Source of the DNA: Selaginella moellendorffii
Lineage: Eukaryota; Plantae; Lycopodiophyta
Length of the DNA: 64,000 nt
Direction: 5' to 3'
NCBI RefSeq assembly: GCF_000143415.4
Contig: NW_003314345.1
Coordinates: 768,637-832,636 of the forward strand
Shown here: positions 23,624 through 35,798 of the stretch, one piece after another
How the letters are laid out: each line of letters opens with the position of its first letter
Position numbering within the stretch: position 1 is the first letter of the stretch
Notes under the pieces: model-generated
Seen by the model: only the letters and a program-made list of their open reading frames with translations
Database searches by the model: none
What the model was told of the DNA's origin: nothing
Program-made: the position numbers and the translations under genes

Positions 23624-25004
23624 ATGGCTCCAGGCATGGTGAGAGTTTGCAATGTTTCATGTGTTATTCCCAAGAATCCAGGCCCCAATCGTACTATGTA
23701 TTTATGTGATATGGATCAAAAGGTTGGATACTATGTGAGAACTCTATTCTTTTATGCGCCAGAAACTAAGACTTTGGATGTGGATCGTCTCAAATCGTCC
23801 CTGGCTGAGGTGTTGGATTCACATGATTTCTGGGGTGGAAGGCTGAGATTCAATGAAAATGGGCGTATGGAGATCGACTGTAGCAATCAAGGAACTTTCT
23901 TCACATTTGCTACTTCTGGTCTTGGCATGGACCAAGTGACAGCTGATGACTTGGATGATTTTTTCTCTTTCGACGATGACAAGATTAAAACCTTGGAAGA
24001 TCTTCCATTGTTGAGGATCCAGGTACGTAGTTACAGCAAACATATAAGCTAGAAACTTGGATTTTAAACTGCTTTCTCTACAGGTGACTCACATGCTTGG
24101 AGACAATGGTTACGCAATTTCGATATTGTTCCACCATGCTTTGGTTGATGCAACATCTGCTATCAATTTCCTGCTCAACCTTGCATCCATCAACCGGGGA
24201 GATGGTCTCTATATGCTACCAAATGGCGACCGGACTCGACTTAAATTCCGGGATCCACCACAAGTAAATTTTGAGCACGAAGAGTTTTCTATACAAACAC
24301 CTCACAATGGTGGGGTCGGTGTCTTTACTTTCACCAAGGAGTCGGTGATTAGCTCGGAGTTGAGGCAAAAAATGGCTCCAAAGAACGAGAGGAAGACCTT
24401 CCTCTTCAGGTTTGACAAGCTCCGCGAGCTCAAGAAAGCTGTTCTAGACGAAGGACCTTTGAGTGAATGCTCCACTTTCGAGGCTCTGGCAGCTTTGATC
24501 TGGCGAGCCCACGCTCGATCCATCCCAGGCAAATCGAACAACGATGTTCTTCACCTTGGATTTGTAGTGGATACAAGAAACATCCTGGATCCGCCATTGG
24601 GTGAAAACTTCTGTGGCAATGCGTTCTATCCAGCATATACCGAGCTGACACTTATGGATATATGCAAGCTTCCACTCTCTTCCGTCGTTGCTCAAGTGCA
24701 AGAGGCAAAAACACGAGTGACGAATGAATACGTTCGATCTGGACGAGATTTTCTCCATCTCAATCCCAACTGTTGGTACCGACGGTGTGAGACGGTGATC
24801 AATGCTTGGCCCCGGCTGATGCAGAAGTCCCTGGAGCTCGACTTTGGTTGGGGTAAGCCATCACGAGTGGAATTTCCACTGGATCCACGATCCTCGGTTA
24901 TCGCGTTCCTCCCGTTTAGCTGGGATGGGATTTTAGTCTCGGTCTCTGCTAATGGCATTGCACTTGGCATCTTTGAAGATGCTATAGCACAATTCTACAA
25001 GTAA
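23624..25004 (+). CDS. BAHD acyltransferase; 2 exons (23624-24022, 24084-25004)
   Basis: HxxxD (HALVD) and DFGWG motifs; conserved intron in IQ|VT; open frame. Confidence 0.94.
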
Positions 25005-25619
25005 TGCCTTCTTATTGTCTTCGGAAATTTACAAGGCAAATCCGTAACATATTCCTCTTTGCTTTGATTTTATCTGATTTTAATTAATTCTGATTGTATA
25101 TGCAAAATGCCGGACTTTAAAAGTTCACTAAGCATAGAGTGTTTTTCTAGCTTGGAAACTCTTCTTATTTGGTTATAGCATTAAAGAATCCCCATTTGAA
25201 AGTGGTAGCAACGTCTTTGTATATAGACGGAAATAACAACAGATAATAGATATGGCTGATTTTATTGGAAATTTTAAAATACATTATGATTAAAGTGGTT
25301 TCAACTTGGTATCATGTCTCCAGTTCAGACCTCGATGAAGCCATGCATTTCTAGCAAATCAAATTTGGCAATTCCATCAACCATGCATGTCGTTCAGTCA
25401 CGGTTAGCATTAAGGTTTTACCTCAAAAGTTAGTGCAGGCTCAAAGGAGTAAGCTTGATTTGTGCAGGCTCAAGCTTTGACCTATGTCAAACTCCAGGCA
25501 TCGCTACACCAGTTCCTATTTCCAGCTTCAGTTCCAGTTTGTTCTACACTGTCCCTGAGTTCTTCCAACTAGCGAGCGTGCTTTGTGTGAAAAACCACAA
25601 CTCTCTCCATGATGGCTGG

Positions 25620-25890
25620 TCAGAATCCCACTGAGCGCGGATCCTTAATCTTGGTGTCCTCCCCACCAGCCATCCAATCCATCTCCACTTCGCCAACTTT
25701 GTCATTGTCGCTAGCCAAGCTTTCAACCTTGCTGCCTGCATACCAGGAGCTGTCCGGCCAGACAACTCGGCCTCAAGGACACAGCCGCCAACACGGTTAC
25801 ATCGCCAAACTATGGCCCACGGTAGTTGTTTGATTCCAGCGTCTAAATTGGCACTGCCACATTTTGGAGCACGAAGACAAAGAGATGAAA
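25620..25890 (+). pseudogene. Multicopper oxidase 3' fragment
   Basis: CCAGCCATCCAATCCATCTCCAC (HPIHLH), CAACTCGGCCTCAAGGACAC and TGGCACTGCCACATTTTGGAGCACGAAGAC (WHCHILEHED), with deletions. Confidence 0.85.
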
Positions 25891-26439
25891 CAACCTCTTG
25901 TCCTTGTTCCCTCTGATGAAGATCACGGCTAAGAAAAGAGAATTTTTCATTATAAAAAGAAAATGATATTGTTGTTAGTAATGAAGCCATTAAAAAATTG
26001 ACAGATGTATCTCATAAATGTATGACTTTTAAATTGATCTCTTAGAAGAGGTGAGAACAAATGTGAAAGTTCGCACACATTTTTACCAATTTTCCAGCAA
26101 ATCCAAGGATTTTTGAAATTCAAAATAGATGCTGCTTGGAGAAATACGCTCACCTCTGCTTGGTGCCTCGCACCAGCCCTCTCTCAGCGCCTCTGCCAGA
26201 GCCTCCGGGCCGGTCTCTGCTCAATCACGCCCTAGCACCTTGCGCAGTGCCAAATCTTGGCACCTCTCAGCCACGTCCGGGCATTGTCATCCTCGCTAGC
26301 CTCTTCAGCCAGCACCATCATCCCAGGATCTGGAGCCCCTCAGGGCTCCGATACCATGAAGAGATATGTGGAAGCTGTGATGTTATATATCGACTATCTT
26401 TCAAGTCATCTTTGTCCATCGTAGCGTCCGCATATCTCT

Positions 26440-27462
26440 TCAAATCACCGATGAACTTGGTCACCTGCGGGAGCAAGCAAAAAATAGGATTAGAAACACT
26501 CCCTCGAGCTACCAAGTTGAGGACGCTACGATGGGCACAGCGGCCTGGAGGCGGCTCAGTATATCTACGACCATCTCTGGCAAAACTTGCAAAGTGTGTG
26601 CTCGATTCTTTTGCTGTATGGTAGTCTCTAACTCTTCTTCTTCCAGGACTTGCTTCGCAGGAGGGTGACTTCACGAGCGATGTTTTGCGAAGAGTGATCT
26701 TGTCAACCGAGGATGGTTTCGAGAGATACGTCGCTGGCTCCTGGGCATTAAGACCACAGATCGCGACGGTTGGATCGTGCTGCCTCGTCGGGTTGATACG
26801 AGGGAACCAACTGTTCGTCGCCAACTTGGGCGATTCGAGGGCGGTCATGGGAACTTTCCTGGGACGGGATAACAGGATCACAGCGATTCAGCTCTCTGCT
26901 GAGCACAATGCCAGCATAGATGCCGTGCGTCAGGAGCTCAAGGACTTACATCCAGACGACTCACACATTGTCGTTCTCAGGCATGGAGTCTGGCGTGTCA
27001 AAGGGATAATCCAGGTACAGTCTCGATCTGGGTGTGATCCTCGAGTATGGAGTTCGCCTGTACTACAGCTATGGAGAAGTCGCCAAATGCGTGCTTCCCA
27101 ATGTCGTGGAGCCAGAAGAGAGCATCGTTGCGACTGGGAGCTGTGGCGCCGATATGGACATACTCTCCAGCATCCTACTACCATCTTCGACAGTCGTGCC
27201 AGCATCCCTCATTTCATCACAAAAATTCCACGCGTTCCACAAACCTGTGCATTCTTCCTCATCTTTATCCCTCCATCGATCAGCCAACCTCGTTTCGCAT
27301 GGCGCCCTGGAAACCATGGAGACAGCAGTCCGCCAGATTGCTCAGCATATCAATTGCGAGTCATGCAAATGGCAAGAAATGCCCCAATCAACGGATTGGA
27401 GAGCGGAGGACCAGAAATGGAGCTGGGTAGCCGCTTGCTGCAGCTGGAATTCGAGGAAGAAG
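26440..27462. pseudogene. Rearranged partial duplicate of the PP2C gene with an internal inversion of about 0.5 kb
   Basis: 26443-26524 matches 32722-32801 directly; 26522-27016 is the reverse complement of about 32803-33295; 27020-27462 matches 33322-33776 directly. Introns are retained. Confidence 0.9.
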
Positions 27463-27849
27463 CCCATCAACTCTCACACCATGCATATAAATTAAATGCC
27501 AAGATCCAATCTCTCTTAAAAAAACTTACATTTAGATAATTTTGAATAAAGTTTGTTGTCTTTCAAAAATTGCAAAACATTTTATATATGCATCTTATGT
27601 GTAGAGTTAAACATTACAATATCATTAAAATAGTCAATCACAAACTTCCCTAAATAACCTAGTGCAAGTTATGCAGCAACCCCTACACATGCACTAAGCC
27701 ACTCTAATCCTGGCACTCAGCAAGACTCATCCTCCTTGCTAGCCTCTTCTTTGCTAGCGTCCATTGTCCCACCTTCAAAGGCAAAAACTAAAGAGGCTCA
27801 CAACCTTTGATATTATACTGTGATGATATTTGAGCATATACCGCTTGTT

Positions 27850-27937
27850 TTATGACATGGTATTGGTAATCTCCAACAATCCCCCCATGTAGTTGGCACT
27901 GCCACCTTTTAAAGCACGAAGACAATGAGGTGATGCT
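27850..27937 (+). pseudogene. Short multicopper oxidase fragment (WHCHLLKHEDNEVM)
   Basis: TGGCACTGCCACCTTTTAAAGCACGAAGACAATGAGGTGATG. Confidence 0.7.
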
Positions 27938-28032
27938 CTAAGCCACAGATTCAAAGCTCGAGTATCAGGTATGACAAGGGCATGGAGAAGAGTGTAAACG
28001 CTAATTCAAGAAAAGAAGCCGAGAAAGCTTCC

Positions 28033-29281
28033 CTACATGTCCCAATTATTTTTTGCAGGAAATCGGAGTTCTGGGATTTCCGCAGTTCCTATGAATCCCA
28101 TTGCAATTGCCCCCTTTGAAGAGCTTATAACACACTCCACTCGTGATGGCTTTCCCCAACCAAAGTCGAGTTCCAAAGACTTTCGCATCAGCCTCGGCCA
28201 AGCGTTGATCGTCGTCTCACATGGCTGGTACCAGAAGTTCGGATTGAGGTAGAGAAAATCCCGTGCAGAACGAACAGACTCATTTGTCAATCGCTTTTTC
28301 GCCTCCTGGATTAGAGCAACGATGGAGGAGAGTGGAAGCTCGCCTAGATCCGCGAGTGAGAGCTCGGTATGCGCTAGATATATCGAATTACCGCAGAAGT
28401 TTTCACCCAATGGAGGATCCAGAATGTCAACTGTGAATCCAAAGTGAAGAACATCGCTGCTGGATTTGCCTAGGATGGATCGAGCGTGGGATCGCCAAAT
28501 CAGAGCTGCCAGATCCCTCGCTCAAGATTCCTTCGTCCAGAACAGCTTGCTTGAGCTTGTCAAACGTGAAGAGAAAGGTCTTCCTCTCAATTTTTGAAGC
28601 CGTTTTCCTCTTCGATTCGGAGCTAATCACAGACTCCTCGGTGAGAGTGTAGATACTGTGGCCACCATTGAGAGGTATCTGTTTAGAAAGCTCTTTGTGC
28701 TCGAAGCTCACCCGCGGTGGATCTCGGTATTTAAGTTCCATTTGGTCTTATATAGAGACCATCTCCCCGGTTGATGGATGCAAAGTTGAGCAGGAAATTG
28801 ATACCAGAGGTTGCATCAACCAAAGTGTGGTGGAACAATACCGACATTGCGTAGCCATCATCAAGGAAACGAGTTACTTGTAGGCAACAAGCTCATGCCA
28901 CAGGGGCTGGGTAATTTTTGAGTTGAGTTCAAGTCAACAGAAGTCAACATAGTCTAGGTTTTAATCTTGCATCAAAGTGATCAGCGTCACTTGATCCAAG
29001 CTAAGATCACACGTTGCAAACGTGAAAAAAGCTCCCTGGTTGCTACAGCTGATCTCCATACGCCCATGTTCATTGAAGTGCAGCCTTCCAGCCCAGAAAT
29101 CATATGAACCCAATACCTCAGCCACAGATGATTTGAGGCGATCCACATCCAAAGTCTTAGTTTCTGGCCCATAGGAGAAGATACTTCTCACATAGAATCC
29201 CAGCTTTTGATCCGCATCCATTATGCGGTTAGGGCCTGGATTCCTTGCAACAACACATGAAACACTGCAAACTTTCACCAT
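28033..29281 (-). pseudogene. BAHD acyltransferase pseudogene, inverted paralogue
   Basis: MVKVCSVSCVVARNPGPNR, YRDPPRVSFEH, GENFCGNS and LELDFGWGKPSRVE in different frames, with deletions. Confidence 0.88.
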
Positions 29282-30672
29282 GGATATCCCTTGCTCTTAT
29301 GTAAATCGGTTCTAGCAATAGAAAGACGGCAGCAAATGACAAACAAACGTGTTGGACAAGGCTTGGGGTCATTTTGAGGATTCAAAGCTTCTCAGTCAAC
29401 CCTATCCTATTGAAAACAGCCGTCACCTTCCTGTTTCAAAATCACGTAAAGATCAAGAAATTGAAAGTAGTTTTTTGAAAAGAAGACGGCAGCATTGAAT
29501 GTTCCAATTTCTAAAGAACAGATGAAGAACTTAATGTGGATATTTTTCTTCATTCTTTTGTTGTGTGTTTGTTTTGTTTGTTATTGGTCAATTTGTCATC
29601 ACATCAGTGTAAGTCTCCAGTTCGATCCTCGATGAAGCCAGTGTCAGACAAGAGAAAGAATGTTGCACCTTTCCAGCTGGAAGGAACTCGAAAATTGTTC
29701 CTTGAAAGTTTACGAAGAGATCACTACAACCACGAGTCAAATCCCCCTGTTGCTTTCGAAATCATCCACCACCCTGCCAATCTAAACATTCTTTAAGAGA
29801 AAAATGGAAACGCTACGAAGCAGTTTAAAACTGCAGCTCTCGAGGACACAGTGAAGGAAAATACGACCTGAGCATAGCTTTCAAAGCAAACCTGGATTTG
29901 GCAGGAATTTAGGAAGAAGAAGAGCATTATAATCGTTCCTTTATAAACAAGAGAGGGAGAGAAAAAAGATTCTACTTAACCTCAAGCCAGCCTCAAGCTT
30001 TGAGCGAGCTATAACGAACGAGATAGTGGGAGTCCACTGGGCGACGCGCTCCTCTCTTTTGTGATCTTGGTGTTGGAGCTGGCGTGTCGTTAAGCAGTGT
30101 TCTTCATCGTGAAGCCTCGAGATTTCTGGCGCGGAAACCGACATGCGGAGAGGCGCACTCGCTGATGCTATGATCTTGCTGAGAGCCACCATACGAGAAC
30201 ACAGGCCAATTCTCTCTCCATTCATTCCAGTAAATTTCCTGTTCGCTCGCGAGTCCCCGTCTTACGATGCCAGCAGCTTCTTCCCAGTCGCTTGGACGGT
30301 CTCTATAAGCTTCCAGCAATTCCTTCCTGTCTATGCCGGTGACGTTTCGTCGGACGTACTGCCTTCGACAGCCTCCACGAGGTATATAAGCCTGGTCATC
30401 TGGACGAGGACTTAAAAAAAAGGTGCTGCTGCTGCTAACCAATCAGCTCTGCCAGTGGGAACAGCAGGGAGAAGGATTCTTGTAAAGTAGGAACATGATG
30501 TTAATGTGCATTGGCTGGCATTACGTACCTTCTTTGTTTGCTTTCAAATAGTCACTGAAAAGGAAGACAAGTTAGATCCATAAACCGGTTTTGAACAGCT
30601 ACAAGCGCAGGTTGCTGGCTAGCTTGAGCAAAGCCTCTTGAACATAATATTTTCGAATGTTTTATTTTGCTA

Positions 30673-32047
30673 TCAAGCCAAGATGTCTTTAATAGAAGCA
30701 ATTGTGCCAGTTACTGCCAAACAAATCCCCACTAACAACATGATTACAAGTCCAACCATGTGTGCTCTTGGTAGTGTAAACTGATAGATCTTCAAATAGA
30801 AAACTATAGGCAAAATTACTCCTAGTAGCATGTCAATGGATGACCCAACAAACTCGATAATACCAGCAAATTTAGGAAGGCCCAGCGCAATAGCCATAAT
30901 CACGAGAGTAGTAAAAGAGCTCACAACAACTCTTATCACTATAGACACAAGGCTCTTTGGCTGAATACTGAATTTCCTTGCAATAATTTCATGGACATCC
31001 GATGTTATAGGATGCATAAGAAGTGGAAATTTAGAAACTGGAATAACAAAAGATACCCAGATAGCAAGCCTGAAACCACATACTATATAATCTAAAAAGA
31101 CTAATATAGAAAATCTAATGAACAAACCTTGAAGCCAGCAAATGACTTGGTAAGTTTTGAGTGATCAAAGGGGCTGTAGTGAACCCAAACATAAAGCTTC
31201 CCAATAATCCAAAGAGTAAAAATACAGCTGTGAACACTCCAAAAGCAATTGAGAGTACCTGAAAAGAAGTGCAACACTTCCATGAATATTGGTTTACAAA
31301 ATAACGCACCAGTGTGAAAGATCCTTGGTTTCTCATTGAATAATAGATGCTTGGATAAATTGGAGCTGATCCATAGCCAAAAGAATAAATTCCAATGGAC
31401 TTTGATATCTGTGAAGTTCGAACAAGTGGAATTCGGGCTTTGAATCCAACCCCATCAAAGAACCCGATGTAAATGGTCAATGCCATGACAAATAAGAGCC
31501 CAAGTGTACAACACAACGAGAAAAAGGAGACTGTAGATAACTTCTCGAACCAAGTCGCAGGAACGATAACCCCCATAGCAACAAATGTTGCAAACTCTCT
31601 TGTGTTTAGTAACCCAAAGTGATGCAAATGAGTTGGAATACTTTGTGCTAAATCCCCCACTGCAATTAGAAATCCCAAAAGCGTGCATAATGTTTCCAAG
31701 TAGAAAAGTAAGCTTGTGATTAATCGCCCCCATCTGGGAAATGCTGTGGAAGCAATCAGAGTGTAACGTGAGATATCTCCACTATATTGCATGCATCCTA
31801 TCATCAGGAGCACTCCACACCAATAAAATAATCCAATGCCAATGCAAATGCCAACCCCAACATAGCCAGAAGTAACCATGCTGTATGGGCTAGCCAAGGT
31901 TGATACACCTGATCAAAAAGAGCTAATAAAAACCCAAAGAGAAAAAGAAAAAGAAATCAATATACCAAATAACACAATGAAAGAATTCCACATCGCTTGC
32001 CAGAAAGTAGAATTGCCACCACCAGTGTGTTCTTGATGATCTGCCAT
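30673..32047 (-). CDS. Amino acid transporter, AVT1-like (Aa_trans family), multi-exon
   Basis: STFWQAMWNSFIVLFG|VSTLASPYS, GIYSFGYGSAPIYPSIYYSM, KFPLLMHPI, ILPIVFYLKI; many TM segments; short GT-AG introns. Confidence 0.88.
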
Positions 32048-32178
32048 AGCTTTGCTGTACCAAAAGCCCTTTTCAGCATTTGTATATTAGGGTTTATACT
32101 GCATTGTTCCAAGGGTCCACCAGAAATGGAATGTTCGAATCTTTTTGTATAGCGTTTTTGTGAAAAATTAATCGTAAT

Positions 32179-33518
32179 TTACACTCCAGTAGCTCCATTA
32201 GCTCTTGCTGCCACCGCGCTCTCGCCCCCGGCTCTTATGGACAAGGGGCTCATACTCCTCGAGCCTCCAGAGATCACCATCTCCCTGTCAAGAAACACCA
32301 CCGCCACAGTTATATCGTCGTGGAAATGCCGCCTCACGCCGCGCTCGATGCGTATCAAGTCCAAGTATCTCATCTCTCGTTTCCTGGCCGCCTCTTGCAA
32401 CGCAGCCTTGATCAGTCGCCTCGCGATCCCCTGGAAAACAAACCGTTCAGTCCAGCTATAGTTTGAGTCGCACCAAAAAACGAGCAAAGAGAAGGAAAGC
32501 TTACTGCTCGAGGATGGCTGTATACAATGTCTACGGCTTCCTGGCTGGACAAGTGCTCCCACAGCCCGTCCGACGCGAATATCAAAAACTGGTCCGCTGG
32601 TCTGAGGGTGAAGACACTGATCGATGGTTCCGCAGTCAGCACAGGCCTCTCTAGTGGCTGTGGAAGGCGAAACCGAGCGATAAGTGGCTCCCTGTTAAAT
32701 TCCGCTTTCTTTAGGTACACATCACCGATGGACTTGGTCACCTGCGGGATCAAGCAAAAAATAGGATTAGAAACACTCTCTCGAGCTACCAAGTTGAGGA
32801 CTTACCTGGATTATCCCTTTGACACGCCAGACTCCATGCCTGAGAACGACAATGTGTGAGTCGTCTGGATGTAAGTCCTTGAGCTCCTGACGCACGGCAT
32901 CTATGCTGGCATTGTGCTCAGCAGAGAGCTGAATCGCTGTGATCCTGTTATCCCGTCCCAGGAAAGTTCCCATGACCGCCCTCGAATCGCCCAAGTTGGC
33001 GACGAACAGTTGGTTCCCTCGTATCAACCCGACGAGGCAGCACGATCCAACCGTCGCGATCTGTGGTCTTAATGCCCAGGAGCCAGCGACGTATCTCTCG
33101 AAACCATCCTCGGTTGACAAGATCGCTCTTCGCAAAACATCGCTCGTGAAGTCACCCTCCTGCGAAGCAAGCCCTGGAAGAAGAGGAGTAAGAGACTACC
33201 ATACAGCAAAAGAATCGAGCACACACTTTGCAAGTTTTGCCAGAGATGGTTGTTGATATACTGAGCCGCCTCCGGGCCGCCGTGTCCATCGTAGACGCCA
33301 ACGAAAGTTTTGCCAGGCCCGGTCTCGATCTGGGTGTGATCCTCGAGTATGGAGTTCGCCTGTACTACAGCTATGGAGAAGTCGCCAAATGCGTGCTTCC
33401 CAATGTCGTGGAACCAGAGGAGAGCATCGTTGCGACTGGGAACCGTGGCGCCGATATGGACATACTGCTCAACGCGTTTCCAGCATCCTACTACCATCTT
33501 CGACAGTCGTGCCAGCAT
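32179..33518 (-). CDS. Protein phosphatase 2C, clade D; 4 exons
   Basis: [68 protein letters not shown]. Confidence 0.95.
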
Positions 33519-34243
33519 CCCTCATTTCATCACAAAAATTCCACGCGTCCCACAAACCTGTGCATTCTTCCTCGTCTTTATCCCTCCATCGATCAGCCAA
33601 CTTCGTTTAGCACGGCGCCCTGGAAACCATGGAGGCAGCAGTCCGCCGGATTGCTCAGCATATCAATCGCGAGTCGCGCGAATGGCAAGAAATGCCCCGA
33701 TCGGCGGATCGGAGAGCGGAGGACCGGAAATGGAGCTGGGTAGCCGCTTGCCGCAGCTAGAATTCGAGGAAGAAGCCACCCTAAGAGAAACCCTAGGAGA
33801 GGAGGGGCACCCAACGAGGCGAAAATTCCACTGGCGATCCACACAGAATGGAGGAACCACCGAGGACGCCCCGAGCTGCTGGAGGCCAAGAAGAAGAAAC
33901 GAATGGATTCCCCTCTCCTCCACTCCACTGTTCCTCGCGAGCGCCTTCACAGGGCAAAATGAGAAGACCTAAAAACCCACACATACGCGCTTATATCTTT
34001 AAAAGTCGCCATTGGCGAGCCACGTAAGCTAATGGAATCTCTCGGCATATCTTCCCATGAGTTCGAGAATCTTTTCATCTGGCACTAAACTAGAACGATT
34101 CCGAGCATATGCTGCCTGACGTGGAAAGTATTTAGGGCGTGCTGACTTGGCAAGGGATATTCGTTTGCGAGAAGCCCTAGAACATCAAGGGTTTCGGGAT
34201 CCTTGCGGCTTGGGCGCGTAGGTTCTAGGATTGCGATCTAGGA

Positions 34244-35020
34244 ATGAGTTCTTCCGCAGCTCCGGAAGAGGAGGCACAGAGCAAGGCGGCGGCGGCAGCG
34301 GTGGCGGCGGAGGTAGAGCAGGGCTCGTCGCCGGAGGTAAACGATGCGGTGGGAAGTGAGAGCGGAGCGGCGGCGCAAATTCAAGCCGAGGACAGCGGCA
34401 ATGGCCAGGTTGAGGCCGCGGATGGGAATTCTCGGGATGGCGTGTCGGTAGAGAATGGGGGGAAGGAGGAGGGAGTGGTTTGTCTGGAATCTCCGGGGCC
34501 CCTCTCGGACATGGAGAAGAAGCAGCGGCGCGCCGAGCGCTTTGGCGTGGGCTTGAATTTCAGCGAGGATGAGAAGCGCAAATTGCGAGCGTCAAGGTAA
34601 GAAAGAGCTCACATCCTTTTTGTTTCTTTGCATTCCAGGCTAATATCTTGGCTTGCAGGTTTAACGCCAGTGATAAGAAAGGTGTGTCGAAAGCTAAAGT
34701 TTCGATTGAATCAGAGACGGAGAAGAAGAATGCCCGGGCTGCGAGGTTTGGAACCGCCAATGTTGCGAGCGCCAACGAAGACGCCAAGAAAAGGGCCCGG
34801 CTTGATCGATTCTCTGGAGTAGATTCCAACTTAGAAGCCGAGAAGAAGAAGGCAAGAGCTGCGAGGTACGTAGTGCTCGCTTCGAGTTTTTCCATTTTTT
34901 TCTCTTCTGTGGCTCACTGCTCTTTGTTGGCACAGGTTTGCGGCGACATCAAACGAGGAAAATCTGAAGAAGAAGCTGGGAACCGACACGACTCCGGTGG
35001 CTACTGCAGCGCAGGGATAG
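34244..35020 (+). CDS. MOS11/Tho1/SARNP-like mRNA export factor; 3 exons
   Basis: Repeated KKxxRAxRFG motifs (EKKQRRAERFG, KKNARAARFG, KKKARAARF); introns at about 34597-34658 and 34866-34935. Confidence 0.82.
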
Positions 35021-35798
35021 ACGCTAACAATCCGGATGGACGCTGACAGGAGTTTATGGGTAAGAGCTTACTGATGCATCTTCGCATCGTCGTCACAAGG
35101 TCCTTAGTTTACTGCATTCTTGGGTGAATTTTTGCCTGTTTGACTGCTTGTTTGCTTCTATTAGCGTAGAGCTTGTAGAGCTTGTAGTGTTCTTTTCGTG
35201 TAATGTATAAACAGGTGTTCTTCGTTACTCCCACAACTGTGTAGCGTCAAACGCAAGCGTTGTCCGGTCCTGGTATATTCGTCACGCGTCCATTGCTTGG
35301 GGAGCAAGGCATTGTCTCGTAGTATAAAAACTTCTTTTTTTGAAACTGTTGCGAGTGGAGTCGAGACACTCTTTGCGCGATGGTGACGATAATTCACACG
35401 AAGACGAAGGCGGAGGTTCGCGAGGAGGAGAGGAGAGCGAGAGAGGCAGCGAAGCAAGGTTGGTGGCAGCCGCATTCTTGTTTTTCTCTGCGAATTTAGC
35501 TCTAAATCTTCTTTCTTTCGCAGGGGCCGGAACAAGCACGAAAACTCCGGAAAAGACAAGCACGAGAACTCCGGAAGCGGCGCCAAGAAAGCCTGAAGGT
35601 GAGTTCGAGGAACGAGAGACCGAAGTTACGTTGTTCCTTTCCAGCTGCAGAGCCAAAAGATGAAAACACGAAGAAGAAGCTGGAAGAGGATGAGCTCCAA
35701 GACGTAAAGAAGAAGCGCAGAAAGAGCCTGGAATCAGGGGAGTCGAGTAACCCAGCTTAAGCTTCTTCTCTACGGAGGTCAAAACCTTTTTTTTTCTT

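Noticed and set aside
30104-30442. 112-aa minus-strand ORF
   Set aside because: Non-ATG start and no family recognised; could be an exon of an unknown gene.
35161-35782. Overlapping ORFs downstream of the PPR gene (possible DYW exon)
   Set aside because: No PG-box, HxE or CxxC deaminase motifs; low-complexity sequence.
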